In this document: one piece after another, positions 19,888 through 29,617 of the stretch
How positions within the stretch are numbered: position 1 is the stretch's first letter
Layout of the letters: the number at the start of each line of letters is the position of its first letter
The notes under the pieces: model-generated
The model's database searches: none
Seen by the model: only the letters and a program-made list of their open reading frames with translations
What the model was told of the DNA's origin: nothing
DNA from: a virus
Taxonomy: Duplodnaviria > Heunggongvirae > Uroviricota > Caudoviricetes
Strand: one strand, 5' to 3'
Virus record (IMG/VR): IMGVR_UViG_2541047783_000005
DNA length: 45,972 bases
Program-made: the position numbers and the translations under genes

Positions 19888-19956
19888 GGCTGTCAGGCTG
19901 TCAGGCTGTCGGGTCCTCCCGGTGGGGGCCCCTGCCACGGGGCGGGAGCGTCGCGG
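19888..19956. other. Candidate cos region (cosN-like GGGCGGGAGCGT) with adjacent tandem 8-bp repeats
   Basis: ACGGGGCGGGAGCGTCGCGG at 19937-19956 resembles the lambda cohesive-end sequence as I recall it (9 of 12 positions); three GGCTGTCR repeats at 19888-19911; lies about 180 bp upstream of the Nu1-like gene. Confidence 0.45.
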
Positions 19957-20125
19957 AAAAAGGCTAGTTTTTGAAATTTTATTCGTCATCACCACTACTG
20001 TAATTGATTGATATTACAGTGGATTTATTTTTATGGTGTCGATTCTGATTGTTTTTTGTTCATCACTAACACCGTTTGCCTAAAGTTGTTCGCAAGATGC
20101 ATGTTTAAAACATTCTGGAGCGGGT

Positions 20126-20620
20126 ATGGATCGAGAGTTAAAAAATCTGACGCTGAATATCAGTCAACTGGCGGCATTGTCAGGTGTACATCGCCAGACT
20201 GCTGCGGCAAGGCTGCAAAATCTACCCGTTGCAGGGGGGCATGAAAGCAACCTCAAGCTTTATCGGGTGGTTGATATTGTGTCGGCATTTCTGGCATTAC
20301 CACCGCCGGTTGCAGAAGGCGAAATGGACGCGCATGAGCGCAAAGCCTGGTATCAGTCTGAACGTGAGCGTCTTAAGTTCGAACAGGAAACGGCACAACT
20401 CATTCCGGCCAGTGATGTCAGACGGGAGTTTGCCATCTGGGCAAAAGCGGTCGTGCAGGTGCTGGAGACATTACCGGATATTCTTGAACGTGACTGCGGT
20501 CTGCAGCCTGCCGCTGTGAGCCGTGTTCAGTCCATTATTGATGATCTGCGCGATCAGATAGCCCTGCGGGTGACTGAAGCAGGTGCGGATGATGAGGAGG
20601 AATTACAGCAGGAGGAGTAA
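20126..20620 (+). CDS. nu1: Terminase small subunit (Nu1-like)
   Basis: N-terminal HTH (TLNISQLAALSGVHRQTAAARLQN); stop overlaps terL start (TAATG). Confidence 0.8.
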   Translation: MDRELKNLTLNISQLAALSGVHRQTAAARLQNLPVAGGHESNLKLYRVVDIVSAFLALPPPVAEGEMDAHERKAWYQSERERLKFEQETAQLIPASDVRREFAIWAKAVVQVLETLPDILERDCGLQPAAVSRVQSIIDDLRDQIALRVTEAGADDEEELQQEE

Positions 20621-22722
20621 TGCTGAATCAGGAAACCGCAAAGGCAGCACGAACCGATTCAGGTTATATCCTTCGCGCACCGAGACGAATGCGGGTTGCT
20701 GATGCCGTTGCTCAGTATATGCGGGTGCCTATGGGGGCAGGGAACTCAGTCCCGTGGGATCCGCTGGTGGCACCGTATGTTATTGAGCCTATGAACTGCC
20801 TGGCCTCGCGTGAATACGACGCAGTGATATTTGTTGGCCCGGCACGAACCGGCAAGACTATCGGCCTGATTGACGGCTGGGTGATTTACAACGTGATTTG
20901 CGATCCTGCTGATATGCTGATCATTCAGATGACGGAGGAAAAAGCCCGCGAACACTCCAAAAAACGACTCGCCAGAACGTTTCGCGTCAGCCCGGAAGTG
21001 GTCAGTCGCCTGAGTCCGAACAAAAATGACAACAACGTTTATGACAGAACATTCCTTGCTGGCAACTACCTGAAAATCGGCTGGCCGTCAGTCAATATCA
21101 TGTCTTCATCAGATTATAAATGCGTGGCGCTGACGGATTATGACCGTTTTCCGGAAGATATTGATGGTGAGGGGGATGCCTTCTCTCTTGCCTCAAAACG
21201 TACCACCACATTTATGTCCAGTGGTATGACGCTGGTGGAGAGTTCCCCCGGCAGGGATGTGAAGGATGTGAAATGGCGACGGACTTCACCGCATGAGGCT
21301 CCACCAACCACGGGGATCCTGTCGCTCTATAACCGTGGCGATCGCCGTCGCTGGTACTGGCCCTGTCCACACTGTGGTGAGTATTTTCAGCCCTGCGGCG
21401 ATGTGGTTGCTGGTTTCCGTGATATTGCCGATCCTGTGCTGGCAAGTGAGGCGGCTTATATTCAGTGTCCTTCCTGTTCAGGACGGATTTTGCCTGAACA
21501 AAAACGCGAGCTGAACGGACGTGGGGTCTGGTTACGGGATGGTGAATCCATCAATGCAGATGGCAGTCGTTATGGTGATCCCCGGCGTTCACGTATTGCG
21601 TCATTCTGGATGGAGGGTCCGGCAGCTGCTTATCAGACACTCTCGCAACTCGTTTACAAACTGCTTACTGCAGAACAGGAATACGAGACAACCGGAAGTG
21701 AAGAGACACTCAAGACGGTTATCAATACCGACTGGGGATTACCTTATCTTCCCCGCGCCAGCATGGAGCAACGAAAAAGTGAATTGCTTGAGCAGCGGGC
21801 AGAGCCAGTTCCTTCCCGCAGTGTGCCGGATGGCGTTAATTTCCTTGTGGCGACAGTGGATGTGCAGGCGGGACGTCATCGCCGTTTTGTGGTTCAGGTA
21901 ACGGGCTATGGCAGCCGTGGCGAACGCTGGATTATTGATCGTTACAACATCACGCAGTCATTGCGCGGTGACAGCGACGGGGAGAGCCAGCGAATTGATC
22001 CGGCCAGCTATCCGGAAGACTGGGATGTCCTGCTGACGGATGTTTTTCATAAAAGCTGGCCGCTGGCCTCCGATCCTTCTCAACAAATGCGACTGATGGC
22101 AATGGCGGTGGACTCCGGCGGTGAAGACGGGGTCACTGATAATGCCTATAAATTCTGGCGTCGTTGCCGTCGTGATGGCCTTGGTAAACGTATTTACCTG
22201 TTTAAGGGTGACAGCATCCGGCGCGCAAAACTGATCAGCCGTACATTCCCTGATAACACCGGACGAACGGGCCGCCGGGCGCAGGCCGCAGGTGATGTGC
22301 CGCTCTGGCTTCTTCAGACGGATGCCCTGAAAGACCGGGTGAATAACGCGTTATGGCGTGACTCGCCAGGTCCCGGCTATGTGCATTTCCCTGACTGGCT
22401 GGGGAGCTGGTTTTACGACGAACTGACGTATGAAGAGCGGAGCAGTGACGGGAAATGGAGTAAGCCGGGTCGCGGTGCCAACGAAGCTTTTGACCTGATG
22501 GTGTATGCCGAGGCTCTGGTCATTCTGCATGGATACGAAAAGATCCGCTGGCCGGATGCACCGGAGTGGGCGAGCCGGGAAACCTGGCTGGAGTGTGTCC
22601 CGGACAGTACCGAACCGTCACCCACACCGGAACCGGTATCCACGCCTGTTAAAAAACAAAAACGGAAGAAAACAGTAACTGACGATGTTAACCCCTGGCT
22701 GACTTCCGGAGGATGGTTATGA
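20620..22722 (+). CDS. A: Terminase large subunit (lambda gpA-like)
   Basis: 700 aa; Walker-A-like VGPARTGKT near the N-terminus; CPHCGEYFQ motif parallels lambda gpA. Confidence 0.9.
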   Translation: MLNQETAKAARTDSGYILRAPRRMRVADAVAQYMRVPMGAGNSVPWDPLVAPYVIEPMNCLASREYDAVIFVGPARTGKTIGLIDGWVIYNVICDPADMLIIQMTEEKAREHSKKRLARTFRVSPEVVSRLSPNKNDNNVYDRTFLAGNYLKIGWPSVNIMSSSDYKCVALTDYDRFPEDIDGEGDAFSLASKRTTTFMSSGMTLVESSPGRDVKDVKWRRTSPHEAPPTTGILSLYNRGDRRRWYWPCPHCGEYFQPCGDVVAGFRDIADPVLASEAAYIQCPSCSGRILPEQKRELNGRGVWLRDGESINADGSRYGDPRRSRIASFWMEGPAAAYQTLSQLVYKLLTAEQEYETTGSEETLKTVINTDWGLPYLPRASMEQRKSELLEQRAEPVPSRSVPDGVNFLVATVDVQAGRHRRFVVQVTGYGSRGERWIIDRYNITQSLRGDSDGESQRIDPASYPEDWDVLLTDVFHKSWPLASDPSQQMRLMAMAVDSGGEDGVTDNAYKFWRRCRRDGLGKRIYLFKGDSIRRAKLISRTFPDNTGRTGRRAQAAGDVPLWLLQTDALKDRVNNALWRDSPGPGYVHFPDWLGSWFYDELTYEERSSDGKWSKPGRGANEAFDLMVYAEALVILHGYEKIRWPDAPEWASRETWLECVPDSTEPSPTPEPVSTPVKKQKRKKTVTDDVNPWLTSGGWL

Positions 22723-22931
22723 ACCAGAATGATATCGAAGCCATGATTCAGCGTTATACGGAAGCTGAAATGGCGGTGCTGGACGGAAAATCCGTCACCT
22801 TTAATGGTCAGCAGATGACCATGGAAAACTTATCTGAGATCCGGCAGGGACGGCAGGAGTGGGAGCGCCGCCTTGCGGCTCTGATTACACGACGACGGGG
22901 GCATCCCGGGTACCGGCTGGCGAGGTTCTGA
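22713..22931 (+). CDS. W: Head-tail connector protein (gpW-like)
   Basis: 72 aa ending RRRGHPGYRLARF, similar to the lambda gpW C-terminus; between terL and portal. Confidence 0.7.
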   Translation: MVMNQNDIEAMIQRYTEAEMAVLDGKSVTFNGQQMTMENLSEIRQGRQEWERRLAALITRRRGHPGYRLARF

Positions 22932-24439
22932 TGGCAATTCTTGATGATGTGATTGGCGTTTTTTCACCAGGATGGAAAGCGGCAAGGCTGCGTTCCCGTG
23001 CGGTGATCCAGGCTTATGAGGCCGTAAAAACGACACGGACACACAAAGCCCGGCGGGAAAACCGAACTGCCGACCAGTTAAGCCAGTACGGGGCCGTGTC
23101 GTTACGTGAGCAGGCCCGTTACCTTGATAACAACCACGATCTGGTTATTGGTGTATTTGACAAGCTGGAAGAACGGGTGGTGGGGAAAAACGGGATTATT
23201 GTCGAGCCACATCCGGTATTACGCAATGGGGCCATTGCCCGTGATCTGGCAGCGGAGATACGCACCCGATGGAGTGAATGGTCTGTCAGTCCGGAAGTCA
23301 CCGGGCAGTTTACCCGTCCGATGCTGGAACGTCTGATGCTGCGTACCTGGCTGCGCGATGGTGAGGTGTTTGCCCAGATGGTTTCCGGGCGCATAAACAG
23401 CCTGACGCCTTCTGCCGGTGTTCATTTCTGGCTGGAGGCGCTCGAGCCGGACTTTATTCCCATGACCAGTGATGAGAGCAACAGGCTGAATCAGGGCGTG
23501 TTTGTTGATGACTGGGGGCGTCCCGAAAAATATCTGGTGTATAAAAGCCGTCCCGTATCCGGGCGGCAGATGGAAACCAAAGAAGTGGATGCAGAGCGAA
23601 TGCTGCATCTTAAATTTGTTCGCCGTCTGCACCAGATGCGCGGGACGTCTTTGTTGTCCGGTGTGCTGATCCGCCTCAGTGCCCTGAAAGAGTATGAAGA
23701 TTCTGAGCTGACTGCAGCAAGGATCGCCGCTGCTCTGGGGATGTACATCCGGAAAGGCGACGGGCAGAGCTATGAACCGGATGGTAATGGCAGCAAGGAG
23801 AATGAACGCGAGCTTACCATTCAGCCAGGCATTATTTACGACGATCTGAAACCCGGCGAAGAAATCGGAATGGTGAAGTCGGATCGTCCCAATCCTAACC
23901 TTGAAACTTTTCGTAATGGTCAGTTGCGTGCCGTGGCGGCGGGCAGTCGTCTGAGTTTTTCCAGTACGGCACGCAACTATAACGGCACTTACAGCGCCCA
24001 GCGTCAGGAGCTGGTTGAATCCACTGATGGCTACCTGATCCTGCAGGACTGGTTTATTGGTGCCGTCACCCGCCCGATGTATCGTGCCTGGCTGAAACAG
24101 GCTGTGGCATCCGGTGTTATCAGGCTACCCCGCGATCTTGATCGTTCTTCACTGTATACCGCGGTGTATTCCGGACCGGTGATGCCGTGGATTGACCCTG
24201 TTAAGGAGGCTGAGGCCTGGAAAATTCAGATTCGTGGTGGAGCGGCGACAGAATCAGACTGGGTACGTGCAGGTGGTCGTAATCCGGATGATGTCAAACG
24301 TCGGCGCAAGGCCGAAATTGATGAAAACCGCAAGCTGGATCTGGTATTTGATACCGATCCGGCCAGTGATAAAGGAGGCAGCAGTGCCGCAACGAAACGA
24401 CAGGAGCCGCAGCACACCGACGACCAGTCCGAAGAATAA
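22931..24439 (+). CDS. B: Portal protein
   Basis: About 500 aa immediately after gpW (ATGA overlap); size and position typical of a lambda-family portal. Confidence 0.8.
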   Translation: MAILDDVIGVFSPGWKAARLRSRAVIQAYEAVKTTRTHKARRENRTADQLSQYGAVSLREQARYLDNNHDLVIGVFDKLEERVVGKNGIIVEPHPVLRNGAIARDLAAEIRTRWSEWSVSPEVTGQFTRPMLERLMLRTWLRDGEVFAQMVSGRINSLTPSAGVHFWLEALEPDFIPMTSDESNRLNQGVFVDDWGRPEKYLVYKSRPVSGRQMETKEVDAERMLHLKFVRRLHQMRGTSLLSGVLIRLSALKEYEDSELTAARIAAALGMYIRKGDGQSYEPDGNGSKENERELTIQPGIIYDDLKPGEEIGMVKSDRPNPNLETFRNGQLRAVAAGSRLSFSSTARNYNGTYSAQRQELVESTDGYLILQDWFIGAVTRPMYRAWLKQAVASGVIRLPRDLDRSSLYTAVYSGPVMPWIDPVKEAEAWKIQIRGGAATESDWVRAGGRNPDDVKRRRKAEIDENRKLDLVFDTDPASDKGGSSAATKRQEPQHTDDQSEE

Positions 24440-24452
24440 TTCCTGGTTCAGG

Positions 24453-26411
24453 ATGCAGGCAGGTCACCAGAGTGACGCGGATATTTATATTTATGACGAG
24501 ATTGGTTTCTGGGGTGTTACAGCGAAGCAGTTTATCAGTGATCTGAATGCACTGGGCGATATCACCCACATTAATCTCCATATTAATTCACCGGGTGGCG
24601 ATGTCTTTGAAGGCATCGCCATTTTTAATGCACTGAAAACACATGGTGCGTCCATTACCGTTTATGTCGACGGTGTGGCGGCGTCAATGGCGTCGGTCAT
24701 TGCGATGGTGGGAAACCCGGTCATTATGCCGGAAAACTCCTTCATGATGATTCATAAACCATTTGGCTTTACGGGCGGTGATGCGGAGGACATGCGCACC
24801 TATGCCGACCTGCTCGATAAAGTTGAGGCGGTTCTGTTACCCGCTTATGCACAGAAAACCGGGAAAACCACCGATGAAATTGCTGCCATGCTGGCGGATG
24901 AGACCTGGATGTCCGGTGCCGAATGTCTGGCACAGGGATTTGCTGATCAGGTGACACCAGCCGTTAAGGCAATGGCATGTATTCAGTCAAAACGTACAGA
25001 GGAATTTAAAAAGATGCCGGAATCCATTCGAAACATGATTACTCCGCCACGCAACAGTGCTCCACGCGTACAGGATGATGAACCTGCAGCCTCCCGGACG
25101 CCAGTGCAGGCAGCAGCACCCGTGGTGGATGAAAACAGTATCCGTGCGCAGGTACTGGCAGAGCAAAAAGCGCGTGTAAACGGTATTAATGATCTGTTTG
25201 CCATGTTTGGCGGGCGTTATCAGACGCTGCAGGCCCAGTGTCTTGCCGATCCTGAATGTTCGCTGGAGCAGGCCCGTGAAAAGCTGTTGAACGAGATGGG
25301 GCGCGAGTCCACGCCATCCAATAAAAATACCCCGGCTCATATTTATGCCGGTAACGGTAATTTTGTGGGGGACGGGATTCGCCAGGCGCTGATGGCGCGT
25401 GCCGGATTTGAAAAAACCGAACGTGATAATGTCTACAACGGGATGACCCTGCGTGAATATGCCCGTATGTCACTAACTGAACGGGGTATTGGGGTTTCCG
25501 GTTATAACCCGATGCAGATGGTCGGTGCGGCGTTCACACACAGTACGTCTGACTTCGGTAATATTCTGCTGGATGTTGCGAACAAAGCCATTCTGCAGGG
25601 CTGGGAAGATGCCCCTGAAACCTATGAACAGTGGACGCGGAAAGGTCAGTTGTCTGATTTTAAAATTGCCCATCGTGTGGGTATGGGGGGCTTCAGTGCT
25701 CTACGTCAGGTGCGTGAAGGGGCGGAATATAAATACGTCACCACCGGAGATAAACAGGCCACTATTGCACTGGCGACCTATGGCGAGCTGTTCAGTATCA
25801 CCCGTCAGGCCATTATCAATGATGATCTGAATATGCTGACCGATGTCCCGATGAAACTGGGCCGTGCGGCGAAATCCACTATTGCCGATCTGGTTTATGC
25901 CATTCTGACGTCTAACCCGAAAATCTCCACAGATAATGTAAGTCTGTTCGATAAAGCGAAACATGCAAACGTACTGGAGAGCGCTGCAATGGACGTGGCA
26001 TCGCTGGATAAAGCCCGCCAGTTGATGCGCGTTCAGAAAGAGGGGGAGCGTCATCTGAATATTCGTCCTGCGTTCGTACTGGTACCGACGGCGATGGAGT
26101 CTGTTGCTAACCAGGTCATTCGCTCCTCAAGTGTCAAGGGGGCTGACATTAACGCCGGTATTATTAACCCGGTGAAAGATTTTGCGACCGTTATTGCAGA
26201 GCCTCGTCTTGATGATAACAGCCAGACCACCTTCTACCTGGCTGCGTCAAAAGGCTCCGATACGATTGAAGTGGCTTATCTCAACGGTGTGGATACGCCA
26301 TATATTGATCAGATGGAGGGCTTCAGTGTGGATGGCGTGACAACGAAAGTGCGTATTGACGCCGGTGTCGCGCCAGTTGATCACCGCGGTCTGGTGAAAT
26401 GTACGGCGTAA
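24453..26411 (+). CDS. Prohead protease (ClpP-like) fused to major capsid protein
   Basis: N-terminal ClpP-like segment (GFWGVTAKQFISDLN...INSPGGDVFEGIAIFNAL...MASVIAMVG), linker, then capsid-like C-terminal about 400 aa; intrinsic terminator follows. Confidence 0.75.
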   Translation: MQAGHQSDADIYIYDEIGFWGVTAKQFISDLNALGDITHINLHINSPGGDVFEGIAIFNALKTHGASITVYVDGVAASMASVIAMVGNPVIMPENSFMMIHKPFGFTGGDAEDMRTYADLLDKVEAVLLPAYAQKTGKTTDEIAAMLADETWMSGAECLAQGFADQVTPAVKAMACIQSKRTEEFKKMPESIRNMITPPRNSAPRVQDDEPAASRTPVQAAAPVVDENSIRAQVLAEQKARVNGINDLFAMFGGRYQTLQAQCLADPECSLEQAREKLLNEMGRESTPSNKNTPAHIYAGNGNFVGDGIRQALMARAGFEKTERDNVYNGMTLREYARMSLTERGIGVSGYNPMQMVGAAFTHSTSDFGNILLDVANKAILQGWEDAPETYEQWTRKGQLSDFKIAHRVGMGGFSALRQVREGAEYKYVTTGDKQATIALATYGELFSITRQAIINDDLNMLTDVPMKLGRAAKSTIADLVYAILTSNPKISTDNVSLFDKAKHANVLESAAMDVASLDKARQLMRVQKEGERHLNIRPAFVLVPTAMESVANQVIRSSSVKGADINAGIINPVKDFATVIAEPRLDDNSQTTFYLAASKGSDTIEVAYLNGVDTPYIDQMEGFSVDGVTTKVRIDAGVAPVDHRGLVKCTA

Positions 26412-26434
26412 ACGTCGCAGACAACAACTCTGAT

Positions 26435-26454
26435 GGCCCGTAAGGGCTTTTTTT
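26435..26454 (+). terminator. Intrinsic terminator after the capsid gene
   Basis: GGCCC-GTAA-GGGC hairpin followed by TTTTTTT. Confidence 0.55.
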
Positions 26455-26497
26455 GTACCTGAAATCAGCCCCTGAACGGGGCTGTGCGGAGACAGTT

Positions 26498-26821
26498 ATG
26501 GCAAAGAATTTTGTAGAAGAAGGAAAAACGGTGGCGATTGTTGCCAGTGCAGCCATCAGCAGCGGAGATCTGGTGCAGGTGGGCGATGTTTTTGCGGTGG
26601 CGCTGACCGATATTCCACAGGGTGAAACAGGCGACGGCATGACCGAAGGTGTGTTTATGCTGCCTAAGCTGAAAACGGATGACATGAAAACGGGTAAGAA
26701 GGTTTATCTGAAGTCCGGAAAAGTTCAGCTGACTAACAGCGGCTCTGATCCGCTGGTCGGGGTTGTCTGGGCAGATGCCGGAACCAGTGCAGAAGAAGTG
26801 CCGGTAAAACTCAATGTCTGA
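26498..26821 (+). CDS. Head completion / DNA-packaging accessory protein (FI position)
   Basis: 107 aa from ATG 26498; assigned by position only. Confidence 0.45.
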   Translation: MAKNFVEEGKTVAIVASAAISSGDLVQVGDVFAVALTDIPQGETGDGMTEGVFMLPKLKTDDMKTGKKVYLKSGKVQLTNSGSDPLVGVVWADAGTSAEEVPVKLNV

Positions 26822-27089
26822 TCCCTTTTCCCGGCTGGCAGCGCGTATGGATGCTATCACGGTCAGAAAGATGGGAAAGACAGCCTCGATTAATGATGTC
26901 GATATGACTGTGATCCCGGGAGAAACACTGGCAGAGCTGAATGCTCTGTCCGGACCTGCGGTCTCTCTGGTGGTGTTTTCTTCGGGATACCGCCCACGGC
27001 GCGGGGATCGCGTTGTTTATGACGGACAACAATGGACGGTCACACGGCATGAACGTTTTAACGGTAAGCCAATGATCTTTATTGAGTAA
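26814..27089 (+). CDS. Head-tail joining protein (FII position)
   Basis: 91 aa, overlapping the upstream stop; position only. Confidence 0.5.
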   Translation: MSDPFSRLAARMDAITVRKMGKTASINDVDMTVIPGETLAELNALSGPAVSLVVFSSGYRPRRGDRVVYDGQQWTVTRHERFNGKPMIFIE

Positions 27090-27100
27090 AGAGGTGTGGG

Positions 27101-27679
27101 ATGAAGGGGCTTGAGAATGCCATCCGTAATCTGAACAGCCTTGATACCCGTATGGTGCCACAGGCCAGCGCATGGGCGATAAACCGTGTGGCACAGAAAG
27201 CGGTCTCGGTCGCCACCCGGCAGGTTGCCGGGAATACCGTTGCGGGAGATAACCAGGTGAAAGGGATCCCCCTGAAACTGGTACGTCAGCGTGTCCGGGT
27301 GTTTAAAGCCAGTCCGTCAGGAAAAATGACGGCCAGGATCCGCGTTAACCGGGGCAATCTGCCCGCTATTAAGCTGGGGACAGCCCGGGTCAGACTGGCC
27401 CGGCGTGGTGGAAAACTGCAGTACCGTGGCAGTGTGCTGAAGGTGGGTAAATATCTTTTCCGGGATGCGTTTATTCAGCAACTGGCGAATGGTCGCTGGC
27501 ATGTGATGCGGCGTATTGATGGCAAAAATCGTTACCCCATTGATGTGGTGAAAGTCCCGCTGTCCGGACCGCTGACACAGGCATTTGAAGATGCCCGCGA
27601 CCGCATTATTGCTGCGGAAATGCCGAAACAGCTGGGGTATGCACTGAAACAACAACTGAGGTTATGGCTGACCCGATGA
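27101..27679 (+). CDS. Z: Tail completion protein (gpZ-like, 192 aa)
   Basis: Same length as lambda gpZ and correct position before U and V. Confidence 0.6.
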   Translation: MKGLENAIRNLNSLDTRMVPQASAWAINRVAQKAVSVATRQVAGNTVAGDNQVKGIPLKLVRQRVRVFKASPSGKMTARIRVNRGNLPAIKLGTARVRLARRGGKLQYRGSVLKVGKYLFRDAFIQQLANGRWHVMRRIDGKNRYPIDVVKVPLSGPLTQAFEDARDRIIAAEMPKQLGYALKQQLRLWLTR

Positions 27680-28077
27680 ACCGACATACACAAATCCGCC
27701 AGGCCGTACTGGCACGCCTTCGGGAACAGTGTGGAGACAGCGCCACGTTTTTTGACGGGCTTCCGGCATTTATTGATGCGCAGGAACTGCCTGCCGTGGC
27801 GGTGTGGCTGAGTGATGCTCAGTACACCGGAAAAATGACGGATGAAGATGACTGGCAGGCTGTTCTGCATATTGCTGTCTTCATCCGGGCACAGGCACCG
27901 GATTCAGAGCTGGATATGTGGATGGAGAGCACCATTTTCCCGGCCCTGAATGATATACCGGCACTTTCCGGACTCATCGACACCCTGATCCCTCTCGGTT
28001 TTAACTATCAACGTGATAATGAGATGGCCACCTGGGCGATGGCGGAAATCACGTACCAGATCACGTACACGAATTAA
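27664..28077 (+). CDS. U: Tail terminator protein (gpU-like)
   Basis: 137 aa immediately upstream of the major tail gene. Confidence 0.65.
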   Translation: MADPMNRHTQIRQAVLARLREQCGDSATFFDGLPAFIDAQELPAVAVWLSDAQYTGKMTDEDDWQAVLHIAVFIRAQAPDSELDMWMESTIFPALNDIPALSGLIDTLIPLGFNYQRDNEMATWAMAEITYQITYTN

Positions 28078-28082
28078 AGGAG

Positions 28083-28832
28083 GTGGCAATGACCACACCA
28101 AATCCACTGGCAAAAACGAAAGGTGCGGGAACGACGTTCTGGATGTACACCGGCAAGGGCGATGCGTTTGCGAACCCTTTATCGGACACTGACTGGCTGC
28201 GTCTTGCGATGGTGAAGGATCTGCAACCTGGCGAAATGACCGCTGATGCAGAAGATGACACTTATCTCGATGATGAAGATGCAGACTGGAAAACGACAAC
28301 CCAGGGGCAGAAATCCGTCGGTGATACTTCGGCGACGCTGGCCTGGCGTCCGGGTGACAGCGGGCAGAAAAAACTGGTTCAGTTGTTCGACTCCGGTGAA
28401 GTCTGCGCGTTTCGTATCAAATATCCCAACGGCACTGTTGATGTTTTCCGTGGCTGGCTGAGCTCACTGGGTAAAACCATTGCCTCAAAAGACGTGATGA
28501 CCCGCACAGTGAAAATCAGCGGTGTGGGGCGTCCGTATCTGGCAGAGGAAGGCACTGAAACAGTGAGCGTTACCGGGCTGACGGTGGCACCGGCATCTGC
28601 CAGTGTAAAAGTGGGAGCAACCACCACGCTGACCTTTACAGTAAAACCTGACGGAGCCAGTGACAAAGCGATCAGTGTGCATTCGACAGATCCACAGACT
28701 GCCACGGTGACCCTGAACGGGCTTGTGGCCACGGTGAAAGGCGTGAAGCAGGGCAGTGTCAGCATTGTGGGCATGACTTCTGACGGCGATTTTGTGGCAG
28801 TGGCTGCGGTGGCTGTCAGCGCCGCAGGTTAA
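28083..28832 (+). CDS. V: Major tail protein (gpV-like) with C-terminal Ig-like domain
   Basis: C-terminal Thr/Val-rich beta region (TVSVTGLTVAPASASVKVGATTTLTFTVKPDG...) typical of Big_2 domains on gpV. Confidence 0.85.
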   Translation: MAMTTPNPLAKTKGAGTTFWMYTGKGDAFANPLSDTDWLRLAMVKDLQPGEMTADAEDDTYLDDEDADWKTTTQGQKSVGDTSATLAWRPGDSGQKKLVQLFDSGEVCAFRIKYPNGTVDVFRGWLSSLGKTIASKDVMTRTVKISGVGRPYLAEEGTETVSVTGLTVAPASASVKVGATTTLTFTVKPDGASDKAISVHSTDPQTATVTLNGLVATVKGVKQGSVSIVGMTSDGDFVAVAAVAVSAAG

Positions 28833-28852
28833 CAGGACGATACTCATCATTT

Positions 28853-28876
28853 GCCCCGGTTATCCGGGGCTTTTTT
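28853..28876 (+). terminator. Hairpin with T-tract between V and G (partial terminator or attenuator)
   Basis: GCCCCGG-TTAT-CCGGGGC followed by TTTTTTG, 21 bp after the V stop. Confidence 0.5.
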
Positions 28877-28889
28877 GCAGGTGGAGAAC

Positions 28890-29279
28890 ATGATGTTTCT
28901 GAAACAGGGCACGTTTAATTATGAAAAGCAGTCCGTGGTGCTCAGTGAGCTGTCCGGGCTGCAGAGAATTGAATATCTGGCGTTTGTTCAGCAGCGAACG
29001 GCAAAGTTTGATGCCGAAGAGGGAGAACTGCCGGAGGCTGAACGACAGATTGCTTTTCTGCGGATGGGGATGGATATCAATGCCTGGCTGGTTTCCCGCT
29101 CACTGTGGAATGCGGAACAGTCTCAGGATGTTGAGACGCTTTGCGCATCCGTTATTACAACATGGTCGTATGATGCCCTGGGAGCGGGGGCGGAGATGGT
29201 TCTGTCGCTGAGCGGTATGGGAGTCATTGAGAATGCCGGGGATTTGGAGCATGAGGTGCTGACGCCGGAAAAGTCCTGA
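28890..29279 (+). CDS. G: Tail assembly chaperone G
   Basis: MMFLKQGTF... in the G position; followed by a -1-frame ORF (T). Confidence 0.75.
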   Translation: MMFLKQGTFNYEKQSVVLSELSGLQRIEYLAFVQQRTAKFDAEEGELPEAERQIAFLRMGMDINAWLVSRSLWNAEQSQDVETLCASVITTWSYDALGAGAEMVLSLSGMGVIENAGDLEHEVLTPEKS

Positions 29280-29617
29280 CGCGGGAAATGCAGTTTGTCA
29301 TGCGGCTTGCCCGGGAGTTCCGGCGGGCAGACTGGCGGCGGATGCTGTCGGAAATGTCGGCCACTGAGCTTGGTGAGTGGGGCGATTATTTCCGGATGCA
29401 GAGCTTCAGTGATGTGTGGATGGATGCGCAGTTTGCCTCGCTGAAGGCATTGATCGTGAGAATGGTGTCCGGTAGCAGTGATGCTGCGGTGGCTGATTTC
29501 AGCCTTTTACCGGAAGAGAACGGGATACCGGAGCGAACGGACGAAGAACTGATGCATCTTGGGGAAGGTATTTCCGGAGGTGTGCGTTATGGACCAGATA
29601 GCCAACCTGGTCATTGA
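28890..29617 (+). CDS. GT: Tail assembly chaperone GT fusion via predicted -1 ribosomal frameshift
   Basis: ORF 29288..29617 is open in the -1 frame from G; candidate slip site GAAAAG at 29268-29273 four codons before the G stop. Confidence 0.5.
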
